Assembly: GCA_020350825.1 (NCBI GenBank)
Contig: CP070724.1
Location: 1,316,889 to 1,380,888 of the forward strand
From: Thermoplasmatales archaeon
GTDB lineage: Archaea; Thermoplasmatota; E2; DHVEG-1
Length of the DNA: 64,000 nucleotides
Direction of reading: 5' to 3'
Shown here: positions 44,357-54,083 of the stretch, piece after piece
Layout: each line of letters opens with the position of its first letter
Numbering within the stretch: position 1 is the first letter of the stretch
Made by a program: the position numbers and the translations under genes
Notes under the pieces: generated by a model
The model's input: the letters and a program-made list of their open reading frames with translations, nothing else
Database searches by the model: none
Told to the model about the DNA's origin: nothing

Positions 44357-45214
44357 ATGATTTATATGGCTAAAAGAAAGATAATAAAAATTGATGAAGA
44401 AAAATGTAATGGATGTGGAGTGTGCATCCCTACTTGTCCTGAAGGAGCATTACAGGTAATAGATGATAAAGCAAGACTTATCAGTGATATATTCTGTGAT
44501 GGCCTGGGTGCTTGTATTGGACATTGCCCTCAAGAAGCTATAACAACCGAAGAAAGAGAGGCAGAGGAATATGATGAAAAAAAGACCATGGAAAATATTG
44601 TAAAAGCTGGTAAAAACACAATCATTGCGCATCTTAATCATTTGAAGGACCATGGTGAAATGGGATATTATAATGAGGCTTTAGAGGTTTTAGAAGAGAA
44701 AGGAATAGAAGTAAACCTTGATGAAAAACCTGCTGATAAATGTGCTAATCAACCTAAAGGATGTCCTGGAGCAAGCGTGATAGATATTTCAGATGAAAAA
44801 AAAAGAAATATTGAAGAAAGTGGAACTAGAAACTCACAACTCCGACAATGGCCGATACAGTTCCATTTGATACCGCCAAATGCACCTTATTTCCAAAGAA
44901 AAGACGTGCTTCTTGTTGCAGATTGTGTTGCCTATTCACTTGCTGATTTTCATAAAGACTATCTAAAAGGTAAAAGTATTGCAATAGCATGTCCAAAACT
45001 AGATTCCAATCAGGACATTTATGAGGAAAAATTAGCAGCTTTAATAGATGATGCAAAGATTAATACATTAACAGTTATAACTATGGAAGTACCCTGTTGT
45101 TCAGGATTGTTAAATCTAGCAAAAAATGCTTCTAAAAAAGCATCAAGAAAGATATCAATAAAATCAATTGTTGTTGGTATTAAAGGTAAAATTTTGAAAG
45201 AAGAATGGGTATAG
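44357..45214 (+). CDS. 4Fe-4S ferredoxin-domain protein with a Cys-containing C-terminal domain of unknown function
   Basis: CNGCGVCIPTCP and CDGLGACIGHCP motifs. The C-terminal ~170 aa carry KGCPG, ADCVAY, ACPKLD and PCCSG. Confidence 0.65.
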   Translation: MIYMAKRKIIKIDEEKCNGCGVCIPTCPEGALQVIDDKARLISDIFCDGLGACIGHCPQEAITTEEREAEEYDEKKTMENIVKAGKNTIIAHLNHLKDHGEMGYYNEALEVLEEKGIEVNLDEKPADKCANQPKGCPGASVIDISDEKKRNIEESGTRNSQLRQWPIQFHLIPPNAPYFQRKDVLLVADCVAYSLADFHKDYLKGKSIAIACPKLDSNQDIYEEKLAALIDDAKINTLTVITMEVPCCSGLLNLAKNASKKASRKISIKSIVVGIKGKILKEEWV

Positions 45215-45225
45215 GAGGTAAGAAA

Positions 45226-45666
45226 ATGAAATCAACAGAGATAACGGATCAAATGGTAAAAGATCATGGAAAAATTATAAAATTACTTAATGATGTTGAG
45301 AAAGTAATTGATCAAGAGCGAGATCTGGTTTCAACTATGAAAGTATTTGATAAATTCGATTGGGAACTTGAAAAGCACTTTTTTACCGAAGAAAAAGCGA
45401 TATTTACTTCATACAAACCAGAAAACGTTACTACGGGTTATGCAATGTTACCAGAGCTTATCAAAGAGCACAATGAAATTTTAAATAATTTGAGGGTTAT
45501 GAGGAGAAACATCAAAAAACAAAAACCCTTTGATTTTCATAGTTTCAAAGTAATTCTAATGAAACACAAAAAATTCGAGGAGAAAGAAGTATATCCTAAA
45601 CTCGATCAGGAATTAGATAAATCAGAGAAGAAGGTTATCATCCAACGAATCAATGAAGTCCTTTAA
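45226..45666 (+). CDS. Hemerythrin-like (HHE cation-binding) domain protein
   Basis: KDHGKII, LEKHFFTEEKAIF, IKEHNEI and KHKKFEEKEVYP spacing is typical of the hemerythrin HHE domain. An AGGAGGT SD precedes the ATG at 45226. Confidence 0.7.
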   Translation: MKSTEITDQMVKDHGKIIKLLNDVEKVIDQERDLVSTMKVFDKFDWELEKHFFTEEKAIFTSYKPENVTTGYAMLPELIKEHNEILNNLRVMRRNIKKQKPFDFHSFKVILMKHKKFEEKEVYPKLDQELDKSEKKVIIQRINEVL

Positions 45667-45720
45667 ACAATTGTTCTGAAAAATGAGAAATTTGTAATAT
45701 GATAGTGGTCGAGTGAAATA

Positions 45721-45900
45721 ATGACAAAATGGAATGAATGTGGGAAAAAATTAGGTATTTTGGATGGCTATTACCATCCAATGTTTGGAAAAAGATGGCT
45801 TTTTTGCAGCAAGTGTTACAACAAGATAGAAGAAAAAGGAGCGTCCCATCTGAAAAAGAAAGGAAATAAAGGTTTCCTGGAAAAACCGACAAAATATTGA
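45721..45900 (+). CDS. Small zinc-ribbon-like protein (59 aa), not in the ORF track
   Basis: MTKWNECGKKLG...WLFCSKCYNKIEEKG.... It competes with antisense ORF 45650..45967, which has no motif. Confidence 0.35.
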   Translation: MTKWNECGKKLGILDGYYHPMFGKRWLFCSKCYNKIEEKGASHLKKKGNKGFLEKPTKY

Positions 45901-45945
45901 TATTAATTATATTGTAAGACAACCGCGAATATTTAGTGATTATTA

Positions 45946-46566
45946 ATGGAAAAATTGTTAGATTCAATCAAAACTTTGAGAGGCAGTGTAGGACCACTAG
46001 TGAATACTCGTATAAAAGAGTTTAAAGGAATTGACAGGGAATCAAGTTATGATCTCTTCAACGAGCTTTGTTTCTGTGTACTTACTGCGAATTTTAATGC
46101 TGAAAAATGTATAAAGATACAAAGAGAGATTGGAGAAGAATTTCTAACACTTACTGAAGAAGAATTAGCAAAAAAACTAGCAGAACTTGGTCATCGTTAT
46201 CCAAATACAAGAGCAAAATATATTTCAGAATCTGCAAAATATAAAGACTCTTTAAAAAATATTATACAATCTTCAGATGGTAAAAGGTTAAGAGAATGGT
46301 TAGTTAAAAATATTAAAGGATTTGGGTACAAAGAAGCTAGCCATTTCTTAAGAAACATTGGTTTTGATGATTATGCTATTATTGATTTTCATATAATTGA
46401 TATCCTCGTAAGATATAATCTAATAAAAAGACCTAAATCACTTTCTAAAAAAAGATATTTGGAAATTGAAAAGACGTTAAAAGATATCGCAAGAAAATTG
46501 GATTTTTGCTTAGCTGAACTTGATTTATATTTATGGTATATTGAAACAGGAAAAATCTTGAAATAA
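45946..46566 (+). CDS. ogg: Archaeal 8-oxoguanine DNA glycosylase/AP lyase (Ogg2-type, HhH-GPD)
   Basis: FCVLTANFNAEKC, IKGFGYKEASHFLRNIGFDDYAIIDFH. Confidence 0.8.
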   Translation: MEKLLDSIKTLRGSVGPLVNTRIKEFKGIDRESSYDLFNELCFCVLTANFNAEKCIKIQREIGEEFLTLTEEELAKKLAELGHRYPNTRAKYISESAKYKDSLKNIIQSSDGKRLREWLVKNIKGFGYKEASHFLRNIGFDDYAIIDFHIIDILVRYNLIKRPKSLSKKRYLEIEKTLKDIARKLDFCLAELDLYLWYIETGKILK

Positions 46567-46838
46567 CCCATATTACAGATTATTGTAAAAAACCAAGATC
46601 TGTTGAATTTCACGTAAAAGTGGAGGATTAATTTTACATGCTTTTTCTCTTTTAATATTATTTGTGTTTAAGACATTATTTCATCTATATGGGCATAAGG
46701 AATATTAAGAGGTCTAGTATGGGATGGTAAAAAAATAAAAATAGTTTGTTTTGAAATCATTTTTTACACCACTAGAACATTCAATATGTTTGGTAGTAAT
46801 ATTAATACATTCTCAAGGAAAACGTATTATTATAAATC

Positions 46839-47906
46839 ATGGTACTATTCTCAGATAAAAGTATGAATGTAAAAGCAGTAAAATTAAACAATGCCAAGAC
46901 AGGCTATCAATTCCTTAGAGCAAATGATATCAAACCTCAAGATGATGCATTTCATGGGAATATTAACCTTCTAGATATCGAATGGTGGTATTTTGACGCC
47001 GTATTTGACAATGGATATAGCATCCATGTGGGAGTTAGAACCTACCATATAAGGAACAGTGGCATCGTTGAATCCCGAATTAACATCTATAAAAAAGGGA
47101 AAGTCGAAGTTGAAGCGATAAAGACAGATCTGCTAAGCGAATTTTATACATCTTATGATCATCCCTGTATTTATATAAAAAATAAACCAGTCGTCGAGTT
47201 TGATCAGATCCATTATAAAAAAACCGGAGAATGGAGATATCAAATATCGTTAAAAATTGAAAATCATGAAGTTAATCTCACATTTACCGGAACCACACGG
47301 GGATGGAAGATTGAAACATTAGATACATGCTGGACCGTCCCTCTACCAAAGGCTAAGGTTAATGGAACAATAACAGTTAATAAGCGTATAATACCAGTAA
47401 AAGGGATAGGATACCATGATCATAATTGGGGGTATTCCCCATCTACAGCTTTTAAAAATCTAGGATGGTTCTGGGGAAGAATTACTGGAGATAAATTGAA
47501 TATAACTTGGGCAAAAACAATGCAAACCACTGAAAAAGGAGATTTGCTCGCAATAATAAATCAAGATAAAAACCACGCTCAGAACAAAAAAGAATTCTAT
47601 AGCATACCACCAACAAATATCACTTTCATTCCAAGAAATTTTGTGAATGATCATCGTAGATGGATACCCTCTGAGTTTGATTTACAGATAACAGATATAA
47701 TCCTAAATAACCATATTCCAATAAACGCAATTATGCATATGAAAACTTTTTATAAACAACACGCAAGGATATTTACAGCTCATTATTGGAGATATCATGT
47801 AAAAACAATTGGAAAAATATCTGTAGGCTCTACAACTGAAACATTAGATGAAAAACCGCAGATTATCGAATTTCTCAGTTTCAAATCACAAAACCTAAGG
47901 AGATAA
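46839..47906 (+). CDS. CrtC/AttH-like lipocalin-fold domain protein (function unknown)
   Basis: IEWWYFDAVFDNGYSIHVG and GIGYHDHNWG motifs resemble the hydroxyneurosporene-synthase/AttH family. Confidence 0.45.
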   Translation: MVLFSDKSMNVKAVKLNNAKTGYQFLRANDIKPQDDAFHGNINLLDIEWWYFDAVFDNGYSIHVGVRTYHIRNSGIVESRINIYKKGKVEVEAIKTDLLSEFYTSYDHPCIYIKNKPVVEFDQIHYKKTGEWRYQISLKIENHEVNLTFTGTTRGWKIETLDTCWTVPLPKAKVNGTITVNKRIIPVKGIGYHDHNWGYSPSTAFKNLGWFWGRITGDKLNITWAKTMQTTEKGDLLAIINQDKNHAQNKKEFYSIPPTNITFIPRNFVNDHRRWIPSEFDLQITDIILNNHIPINAIMHMKTFYKQHARIFTAHYWRYHVKTIGKISVGSTTETLDEKPQIIEFLSFKSQNLRR

Positions 47907-47982
47907 AATTTTCATCAAATTAATGTAAGAAGAATTTTGTGTTATTTATCCTCTTTGAAGATAGAAACATAATTAAATATTC

Positions 47983-49269
47983 TTGTTATACAACCAAATC
48001 GTGTTTCAATTACCGAGAGGAACAAGGGATTTTACTTCAGAAGAAATGGTAAAACGTAGATACGTTGAGGAAAATATAGCATCTACGTTTAAATCATTTG
48101 GATATGGGGAGATCCAAACCCCAACATTTGAGATGTTGGAACTCTTTAAAGCCAAATCTGGCGATTCCATTATTGATGAGATATATGCTTTTTCTGATAA
48201 AGGTGACAGAGAGCTTGCTCTAAGGCCAGAACTTACTGCCCCAGTGATACGTTTTTATGTAGAAAAAATGCAAATGGAACCAAAACCTTTGAAGTTATTT
48301 TATTTTGGTAACTGCTTTAGATACGATAGACCGCAAAAAGGAAGGTATAGAGAATTCTGGCAGGCAGGTTGTGAAATAATAGGAACCAATACCCCGGAAG
48401 CATATGCTGAACTTGTTGCCATGGCATATACTATTTTGAAAAAAGTCGGTTTAAAGAATATCCAACTGAACATTGGGAATCTGGATATTATAAATTCCAC
48501 ATTAACTAAACTTGGCTTATCAAAGGATGATCAAAAGGAACTATTACCATTAATTGACAAATCCCAGTTTGACGATATCTTTTCTTTGTTGACTAATCTT
48601 AACATAACAAACGAGTGTGCAAAAGAATTTTGTGATATATTACAAACAGCAGATATTAACAAGATTAAAAAATTTATCCAAGGGGATACCTCTGCGATGG
48701 ATGAACTATCAAACCTGGAAAAGTTGCTGGATTTGCTAAAAAATTCGTTTAATATAAAAGATTTTAAGATAAAGATGAGTATCGTAAGAGGGCTTGACTA
48801 CTACAAAGGATTAGTCTTTGAGATAGATGCACCATTTTTAGGAGCGGAAAAACAACTTTGTGGCGGAGGAGCATACGATTTAGTTACATTATTTGGTGGA
48901 AGAGAAACTCCTACCGCAGGTTTTGCAGTGGGCTTTGATAGAACTATCCTTGCATTAGATATTGAAAAATTTGCTTTCCCTTCACTTAAAACAGATGTGT
49001 ATATTATACCAGTGAGTGAAGAAATGATAGGGAAATCCATTGAATTATCTCAAAATTTACGAAACGAAGGTATTTCGATAGATTTAGATCTTTTGCGTAG
49101 GGGAATTGGCAAATCCTTGAAATATGCAAATTCTAAGAATGTTAAAAAGGTTATTATTATAGGTCCCAAGGAGTTGGAAAATGATTCTGTTACTCTTAGA
49201 GATATGAAGGCTGGGAATCAAGAAGTAGTAAAGATAGCAGATATAGTTTCTAAACTAAAAATTAACTAA
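47983..49269 (+). CDS. hisS: Histidine--tRNA ligase
   Basis: LPRGTRDF, LRPELTAP, FRYDRPQKGRYREF, GGGAYD (class II motifs) and a C-terminal anticodon-binding domain. TTG start as listed. Confidence 0.9.
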   Translation: MLYNQIVFQLPRGTRDFTSEEMVKRRYVEENIASTFKSFGYGEIQTPTFEMLELFKAKSGDSIIDEIYAFSDKGDRELALRPELTAPVIRFYVEKMQMEPKPLKLFYFGNCFRYDRPQKGRYREFWQAGCEIIGTNTPEAYAELVAMAYTILKKVGLKNIQLNIGNLDIINSTLTKLGLSKDDQKELLPLIDKSQFDDIFSLLTNLNITNECAKEFCDILQTADINKIKKFIQGDTSAMDELSNLEKLLDLLKNSFNIKDFKIKMSIVRGLDYYKGLVFEIDAPFLGAEKQLCGGGAYDLVTLFGGRETPTAGFAVGFDRTILALDIEKFAFPSLKTDVYIIPVSEEMIGKSIELSQNLRNEGISIDLDLLRRGIGKSLKYANSKNVKKVIIIGPKELENDSVTLRDMKAGNQEVVKIADIVSKLKIN

Positions 49270-49288
49270 ACATAAATTAATTTTTATT

Positions 49289-49807
49289 ATGAAAAAACAA
49301 ATTTTTATAATAGACACTTCAGCAATTCTTTCAGGAAAACCTATTAATCTAGATAATGCAAATATGGTAACAACACCTTCTGTTTCCAAAGAGTTAATTC
49401 TAGGAGGAAGAGATTATAGAACATTCCAATTTCTTATAGAGAAAGGACTTTCAATTCAATCAGCCTCAAAAAAATCTATAAATAAAGTAAAAAAAACTGC
49501 TGAAGAAACAGGAGATAAGGATAGATTATCATTTGCAGATGTTGAAATGCTTGCACTGGCCTTAGACATTAACATAAACGATAACAAAGAAGCTGTTATC
49601 CTAACAGATGATTATTCCATTCAAAATGTTGCAAATACTTTAAATATAGAATTCCTAAGCTTTTCTCAAAGAGGGATAACAAAAAAGTTTAAATGGCATT
49701 ATCGTTGTCCAGGGTGCGGAAAACAATTTAAAGAATCAATAAAAATCTGTCCCATATGCGGAACAAAAACAAAGATTTCAATAAGCCATAAAAATCATAT
49801 AAAATAG
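49289..49807 (+). CDS. nob1: Nob1-like endoribonuclease (PIN domain plus zinc ribbon)
   Basis: IFIIDTSAILSG, VILTDDYSIQNVA, YRCPGCGKQF...CPICGTK. Confidence 0.75.
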   Translation: MKKQIFIIDTSAILSGKPINLDNANMVTTPSVSKELILGGRDYRTFQFLIEKGLSIQSASKKSINKVKKTAEETGDKDRLSFADVEMLALALDININDNKEAVILTDDYSIQNVANTLNIEFLSFSQRGITKKFKWHYRCPGCGKQFKESIKICPICGTKTKISISHKNHIK

Positions 49808-49816
49808 GGATTTTAC

Positions 49817-50644
49817 ATGAACATCAAAGAAAAGTTTTTACGATTTTGGCGAAGCGACAACGAGAAAATATCGCTGATACGAGATATAATTGTGGCTTTA
49901 ATGGCAGTTCTAATAGTTTTACTACTCCTGTGGACATATACGGGACAATGGTTCGCTGCACCAATGGTAGCTATTGAATCAGGAAGTATGGAACACGACA
50001 ACTCGCCTTTTGGACGACTTGGTACGATAGACGCTGGTGATATGGTTCTCGTTCAGAAGGTTTATACTAAGGGTGATTTGGTTACCCACGGTGGGAATTT
50101 CGGTGGTGCAAGTGAAAAGGAAGATCCAAATAACTTTTTTTATGGAGATTGGGGTGATGTAGTTATCTACAAACCCATGGGCAGAGATGATGTCTCTCAG
50201 ATCATCCATAGGCTCATGTGCTGGGTTGACGTCAATAAATATGGTGAAAAAACAACGTATACAATTGCAGAGTACGGTGTTTTCAACGAGACATCAATTA
50301 CTATATCTGAATTAGGATTACAGAATAGCAAACCATTATGGACTCATTCAGGTTACCTAACAATGGGTGATAATAATCCTCACATTGACCAAAAACCTGG
50401 GAGCAGCATATGTCCGCAGCCGATAAAACTCAGTTGGATATCAGGAAAAGCGAGACTGGAAATACCATGGCTTGGTACAATAAATCTATTTTTTGAGGAT
50501 TTAATTAGTGGTAAAAATACAGTAAGTAACGTTCACGAAGATTCATTGATATGTTTGGGAATAGTTATAGTAATACTTGTTTCAATACCAATAATACTAG
50601 ACATTAAAGATTATCTAAAGGAAAAGAAAAATCGATCACCATAA
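49817..50644 (+). CDS. Archaeal signal peptidase I (S26B/Sec11-like)
   Basis: N-terminal TM, ESGSMEH (Ser), IIHRLM (His), C-terminal TM. Confidence 0.7.
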   Translation: MNIKEKFLRFWRSDNEKISLIRDIIVALMAVLIVLLLLWTYTGQWFAAPMVAIESGSMEHDNSPFGRLGTIDAGDMVLVQKVYTKGDLVTHGGNFGGASEKEDPNNFFYGDWGDVVIYKPMGRDDVSQIIHRLMCWVDVNKYGEKTTYTIAEYGVFNETSITISELGLQNSKPLWTHSGYLTMGDNNPHIDQKPGSSICPQPIKLSWISGKARLEIPWLGTINLFFEDLISGKNTVSNVHEDSLICLGIVIVILVSIPIILDIKDYLKEKKNRSP

Positions 50645-50667
50645 GCTTTGTCTTATTAAGATAAAAA

Positions 50668-51372
50668 TCAACTGGTATACCAATCTGGATAACGCTCATA
50701 TCGTAAGGGATCTTTTACTCCTACATCTTTAAATCCTTTTAACCTCAATACACATGAATCACAACGACCGCAGGCCAGTTCTCCTCCCCTGTAGCAAGAC
50801 CAAGTATCTGCAAGTGGGGCATCAAGCTTCAAGCCTGTTTTGATGATCTCAGATTTTGTTAAATGTAAAAGGGGTGCTTCTATTTTGATTGATCTCCCTT
50901 CGACTCCTTTTTTGGTACCCAAATCTGCCATTTTCTGATATGCTTGTATGTATTCTGGTCTGCAATCTGGATAGCCAGAATAATCTACTGCATTTGCCCC
51001 TATAAATATCGCATCTGCATCAATTGATTCAGCGTATGCTAAAGCCAGTGAAAGAAAAACAGTGTTTCGTGCTGGCACATATGTTAATGGAATTTCCCTG
51101 CCAATATCTTTCAAATCATGATCTTGAATAGAATCAGATGATGTATTAAGAAGAGAGAATATACCAAACTTTTGAAAATCGACATCGATTATGATACGGT
51201 CCTCAACTCCAACAGTTTGAGCAATTTTATTTGAACAATCAAGCTCCTTTTTATGAAGTTGGCCGTAGTTAAAAGAAATAGCATATATCTCATATCCTTG
51301 CTTCTTTGCAATAAGAGAGGTTACACAAGAATCAAGACCACCAGAAATCAGACATACTGCTTTTTCCACCAT
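50668..51372 (-). CDS. queC: 7-cyano-7-deazaguanine synthase
   Basis: CLISGGLDSCV PP-loop and the C-terminal zinc motif CYRGGELACGRCDSCVLR. Confidence 0.9.
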   Translation of the reverse strand: MVEKAVCLISGGLDSCVTSLIAKKQGYEIYAISFNYGQLHKKELDCSNKIAQTVGVEDRIIIDVDFQKFGIFSLLNTSSDSIQDHDLKDIGREIPLTYVPARNTVFLSLALAYAESIDADAIFIGANAVDYSGYPDCRPEYIQAYQKMADLGTKKGVEGRSIKIEAPLLHLTKSEIIKTGLKLDAPLADTWSCYRGGELACGRCDSCVLRLKGFKDVGVKDPLRYERYPDWYTS

Positions 51373-51376
51373 GAAT

Positions 51377-51853
51377 TTAACCTACGATTTTTTCTGCCCA
51401 TACTCCTTGACCAAAGCCTTCATCTACGCCAATTTCTATTTTTTTTACATTTTTAGGCAGATCCAATTTTTTTAATAGTTTCGCCAAGATATAATCTGCA
51501 AGATTTTCAGCAGTGGCACTTTTTATTGGAATAAGAACGCAATCTTCCCTTGGAAAAACGTAATTTTTACCGTCCACATTAATTCTAATTTCTTTCTCAG
51601 ATACAGCAACGCTCTCATTTTTCTCTGGAATCAAAATCCTATGGTCTAATTTATCTGCAATTTCTCTGAGAATAGATTTCAACAATGAGAAATCAAAAAT
51701 GAAACCTTGTTCGTCTTTTTCCCCATACACATGAGAATGAATTGCATAGGTATGTCCGTGTAAGAATTTGCATTTTTTATGACCTAATAAAAGATGGCTC
51801 GATGAAAAACGTATATTTGCTTTCCATCCATCGATTTCAAGTAACGTTGGCAT
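51377..51853 (-). CDS. queD: 6-carboxy-5,6,7,8-tetrahydropterin synthase (PTPS family)
   Basis: FSSSHLLLGHKKCKFLHGHTY motif. Confidence 0.85.
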   Translation of the reverse strand: MPTLLEIDGWKANIRFSSSHLLLGHKKCKFLHGHTYAIHSHVYGEKDEQGFIFDFSLLKSILREIADKLDHRILIPEKNESVAVSEKEIRINVDGKNYVFPREDCVLIPIKSATAENLADYILAKLLKKLDLPKNVKKIEIGVDEGFGQGVWAEKIVG

Positions 51854-51863
51854 ATAAGGCCTC

Positions 51864-53033
51864 TCATTTATTCCATAACGGAGACATCGATCTTAATTGA
51901 TTAACTATTTCTTGGAGTACTTCAGAGACATACGAAACTTCGTCCTCCATATTCTCTCGCCCCAAAGTAATTCTTAAAGAACCATGAGATTCAATTGGAC
52001 TTAATCCTAAAGCTATTAATACATGGGATGGTTTTAATTTCACGGAAGAGCACGCTGAACCTGTAGAGGTTGCTATCCCTTTTTCATCCAATCTCATAAG
52101 TAATGATTCCCCTTCGATTCCAGTAAAACGAAAATGAGCATTATTTATAAGCCTTTTTTTAGGATGCCCATTCAAATAACTTTCTTCAATTTGTAAAACG
52201 TTTTTAATTAATTTATCTCTTAAATTTTTAATATATTTTGTATCATTCTCCATTCTTTTCTTTGCCAGTTCACAAGCCTTACCTAATCCGATAATCCCAG
52301 GAATATTATGTGTACTGCTCCTTAATCCTTTCTCATGTCCACCGCCATGAACAATAGGTTGAATTTTCACACCTTTTTTAATATAAAGTGCTCCAACTCC
52401 TTTTGGTCCATAGATCTTGTGAGAAGAGATAGAAAGCAAATCGATGTTTACCTTATTTACATCAATGGATACTTTTCCAATAGCCTGTACAGCGTCGGTA
52501 TGAAAGGTTATGTTGTTTTCTTTTGCTATCTTTCCGATTTCTTCAATGGGCTCTATTGTACCAATCTCATTATTAGCAAACATTATGGTAATTAGAATAG
52601 TGTTTTTAGAAATTGACTCCATTAAATCATTAATTTTTACAATACCATATTCATCCACGGGAAGATATTTTACTTTAAATCCTTGGGTCTCTAAGTGTTT
52701 ACATGTCTCTAAAACTGCAGCGTGTTCAATTGCTGATGTAATAATATGAGGTCCTCTTGAATCTCTTATGTTTTTATTTTGATCAGCTACGCCTTTAATT
52801 GCAATGTTATCTGACTCAGTTCCTCCTGCTGTAAATATGATTTCATCTTCCTTTGCACCTAATAAATCAGCTACTTTTTTTCTTGATTTATCAAGATTTT
52901 TGCGCGCTTCTCGTCCAAATGAATGTAGCGTAAGAGGATTTCCAAAATATTCAGAAAAAAAAGGCAACATTGCATCTATTACTTCTTTGTCTACTTTTGT
53001 AGTAGAGGCATGATCCATAAAAATTTTTTTCAT
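51864..53033 (-). CDS. nifS: Cysteine desulfurase (NifS/IscS, PLP lysine present)
   Basis: TAGGTESDNIAIKG, HTDAVQAIG, ISSHKIYGPKGVGALY, STGSACSS. Confidence 0.9.
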   Translation of the reverse strand: MKKIFMDHASTTKVDKEVIDAMLPFFSEYFGNPLTLHSFGREARKNLDKSRKKVADLLGAKEDEIIFTAGGTESDNIAIKGVADQNKNIRDSRGPHIITSAIEHAAVLETCKHLETQGFKVKYLPVDEYGIVKINDLMESISKNTILITIMFANNEIGTIEPIEEIGKIAKENNITFHTDAVQAIGKVSIDVNKVNIDLLSISSHKIYGPKGVGALYIKKGVKIQPIVHGGGHEKGLRSSTHNIPGIIGLGKACELAKKRMENDTKYIKNLRDKLIKNVLQIEESYLNGHPKKRLINNAHFRFTGIEGESLLMRLDEKGIATSTGSACSSVKLKPSHVLIALGLSPIESHGSLRITLGRENMEDEVSYVSEVLQEIVNQLRSMSPLWNK

Positions 53034-53951
53034 TTAATCGCCTCGTCCGACATCCATCATTCTTTGCAAAGGTAACCTCGCCTTCTTCATTATCGTTTCA
53101 GATAATTCTATCTTAGGTTCTAAACTTTCCATACTTTTTAAAACTTTTTCCAAGGTTATCTTCTTCATATTTGGACAAACGGCTGATTTTAATGAGTAAA
53201 AGGTTTTATTGGGATTTTCCTTTTTTAACCTGTAACAAAGCTCTCTTTCTGTTCCTATTATAAATTCCTTTGAATCCGCTTTTAAAACATAATTAACCAT
53301 ACCCTGAGTTGAAAACATATGATCTGCTATATCTATTACCTCAGGTCTACATTCAGGATGTACAATAATCTCAGCATCTTGATGCTGTCCTTTAATTTCC
53401 AGTATTTCCTCCTTAGTAATTTTATGATGAGTCGGACAGATACCCGGCCATAAAATAAGATTCTTATCATGTATGAACCGCTTAACATAAAGCCCGAGAT
53501 TTGTATCTGGAATAAATATGATGTCTTTCTTCTTTACACTTTTAATTACTTTTATTGCATTCGATGATGTACAACAAATGTCCGTTTTTGCTTTTACATC
53601 AGCGGTTGTATTAACATACGCAACAACGACTGCCTGTGGATTTTTTTTTATTAACCAGCCAAGGCTTTCAACATCAATCATGGCAGCCATAGGACACTGT
53701 GCTTTTTTATCAGGATGAACTACAATCTTATCTGGATTGATAATTTTTGCATTTTCAGCCATGAAATCTACACCACAAAACACTATCACCTTTGCATCTG
53801 TTTCAGCAGCTTTCATAGCCAAGCCTAATGAATCGCCAAGAAAATCAGCAATATCCTGCACTTCTGGACGTTGATAGTTGTGCGCGAGAATTACTGCATT
53901 ATGTTTATGTTTTAGCTCTTTTATCTTTGTCTCAATTTCTTTTTTATTCAT
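53034..53951 (-). CDS. nadA: Quinolinate synthase
   Basis: HNAVILAHNYQRPEVQDIADFLGDSL and the conserved Cys pattern. The listed ORF extends to 54035, but the extra N-terminus is not NadA-like and the ATG at 53951 gives MNKKEIETKIKELK. Confidence 0.9.
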   Translation of the reverse strand: MNKKEIETKIKELKHKHNAVILAHNYQRPEVQDIADFLGDSLGLAMKAAETDAKVIVFCGVDFMAENAKIINPDKIVVHPDKKAQCPMAAMIDVESLGWLIKKNPQAVVVAYVNTTADVKAKTDICCTSSNAIKVIKSVKKKDIIFIPDTNLGLYVKRFIHDKNLILWPGICPTHHKITKEEILEIKGQHQDAEIIVHPECRPEVIDIADHMFSTQGMVNYVLKADSKEFIIGTERELCYRLKKENPNKTFYSLKSAVCPNMKKITLEKVLKSMESLEPKIELSETIMKKARLPLQRMMDVGRGD

Positions 53952-54083
53952 AGAATAAAACCCATGTGTTTTTGTCCTGAATAACCAAAATAAACATAAA
54001 GGTTGCCCTCGTCTATTTTTATTCCACAAAGGCAAATCTATTTATCTATGATAATGAATTACATTTAGAAGGATGGATATAAG

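Noticed and set aside
45650-45967. 105-aa minus-strand ORF between the hemerythrin and ogg genes.
   Set aside because: It has no motif, overlaps the ends of two well-supported plus-strand genes, and competes with a plus-strand zinc-ribbon ORF (45721-45900) that fits the local gene orientation.
53952-54035. An N-terminal 28-aa extension of nadA (MPLWNKNRRGQPLCLFWLFRTKTHGFYS) as listed in the ORF track.
   Set aside because: The extension is not NadA-like. The conserved NadA N-terminus begins at the ATG at 53951.
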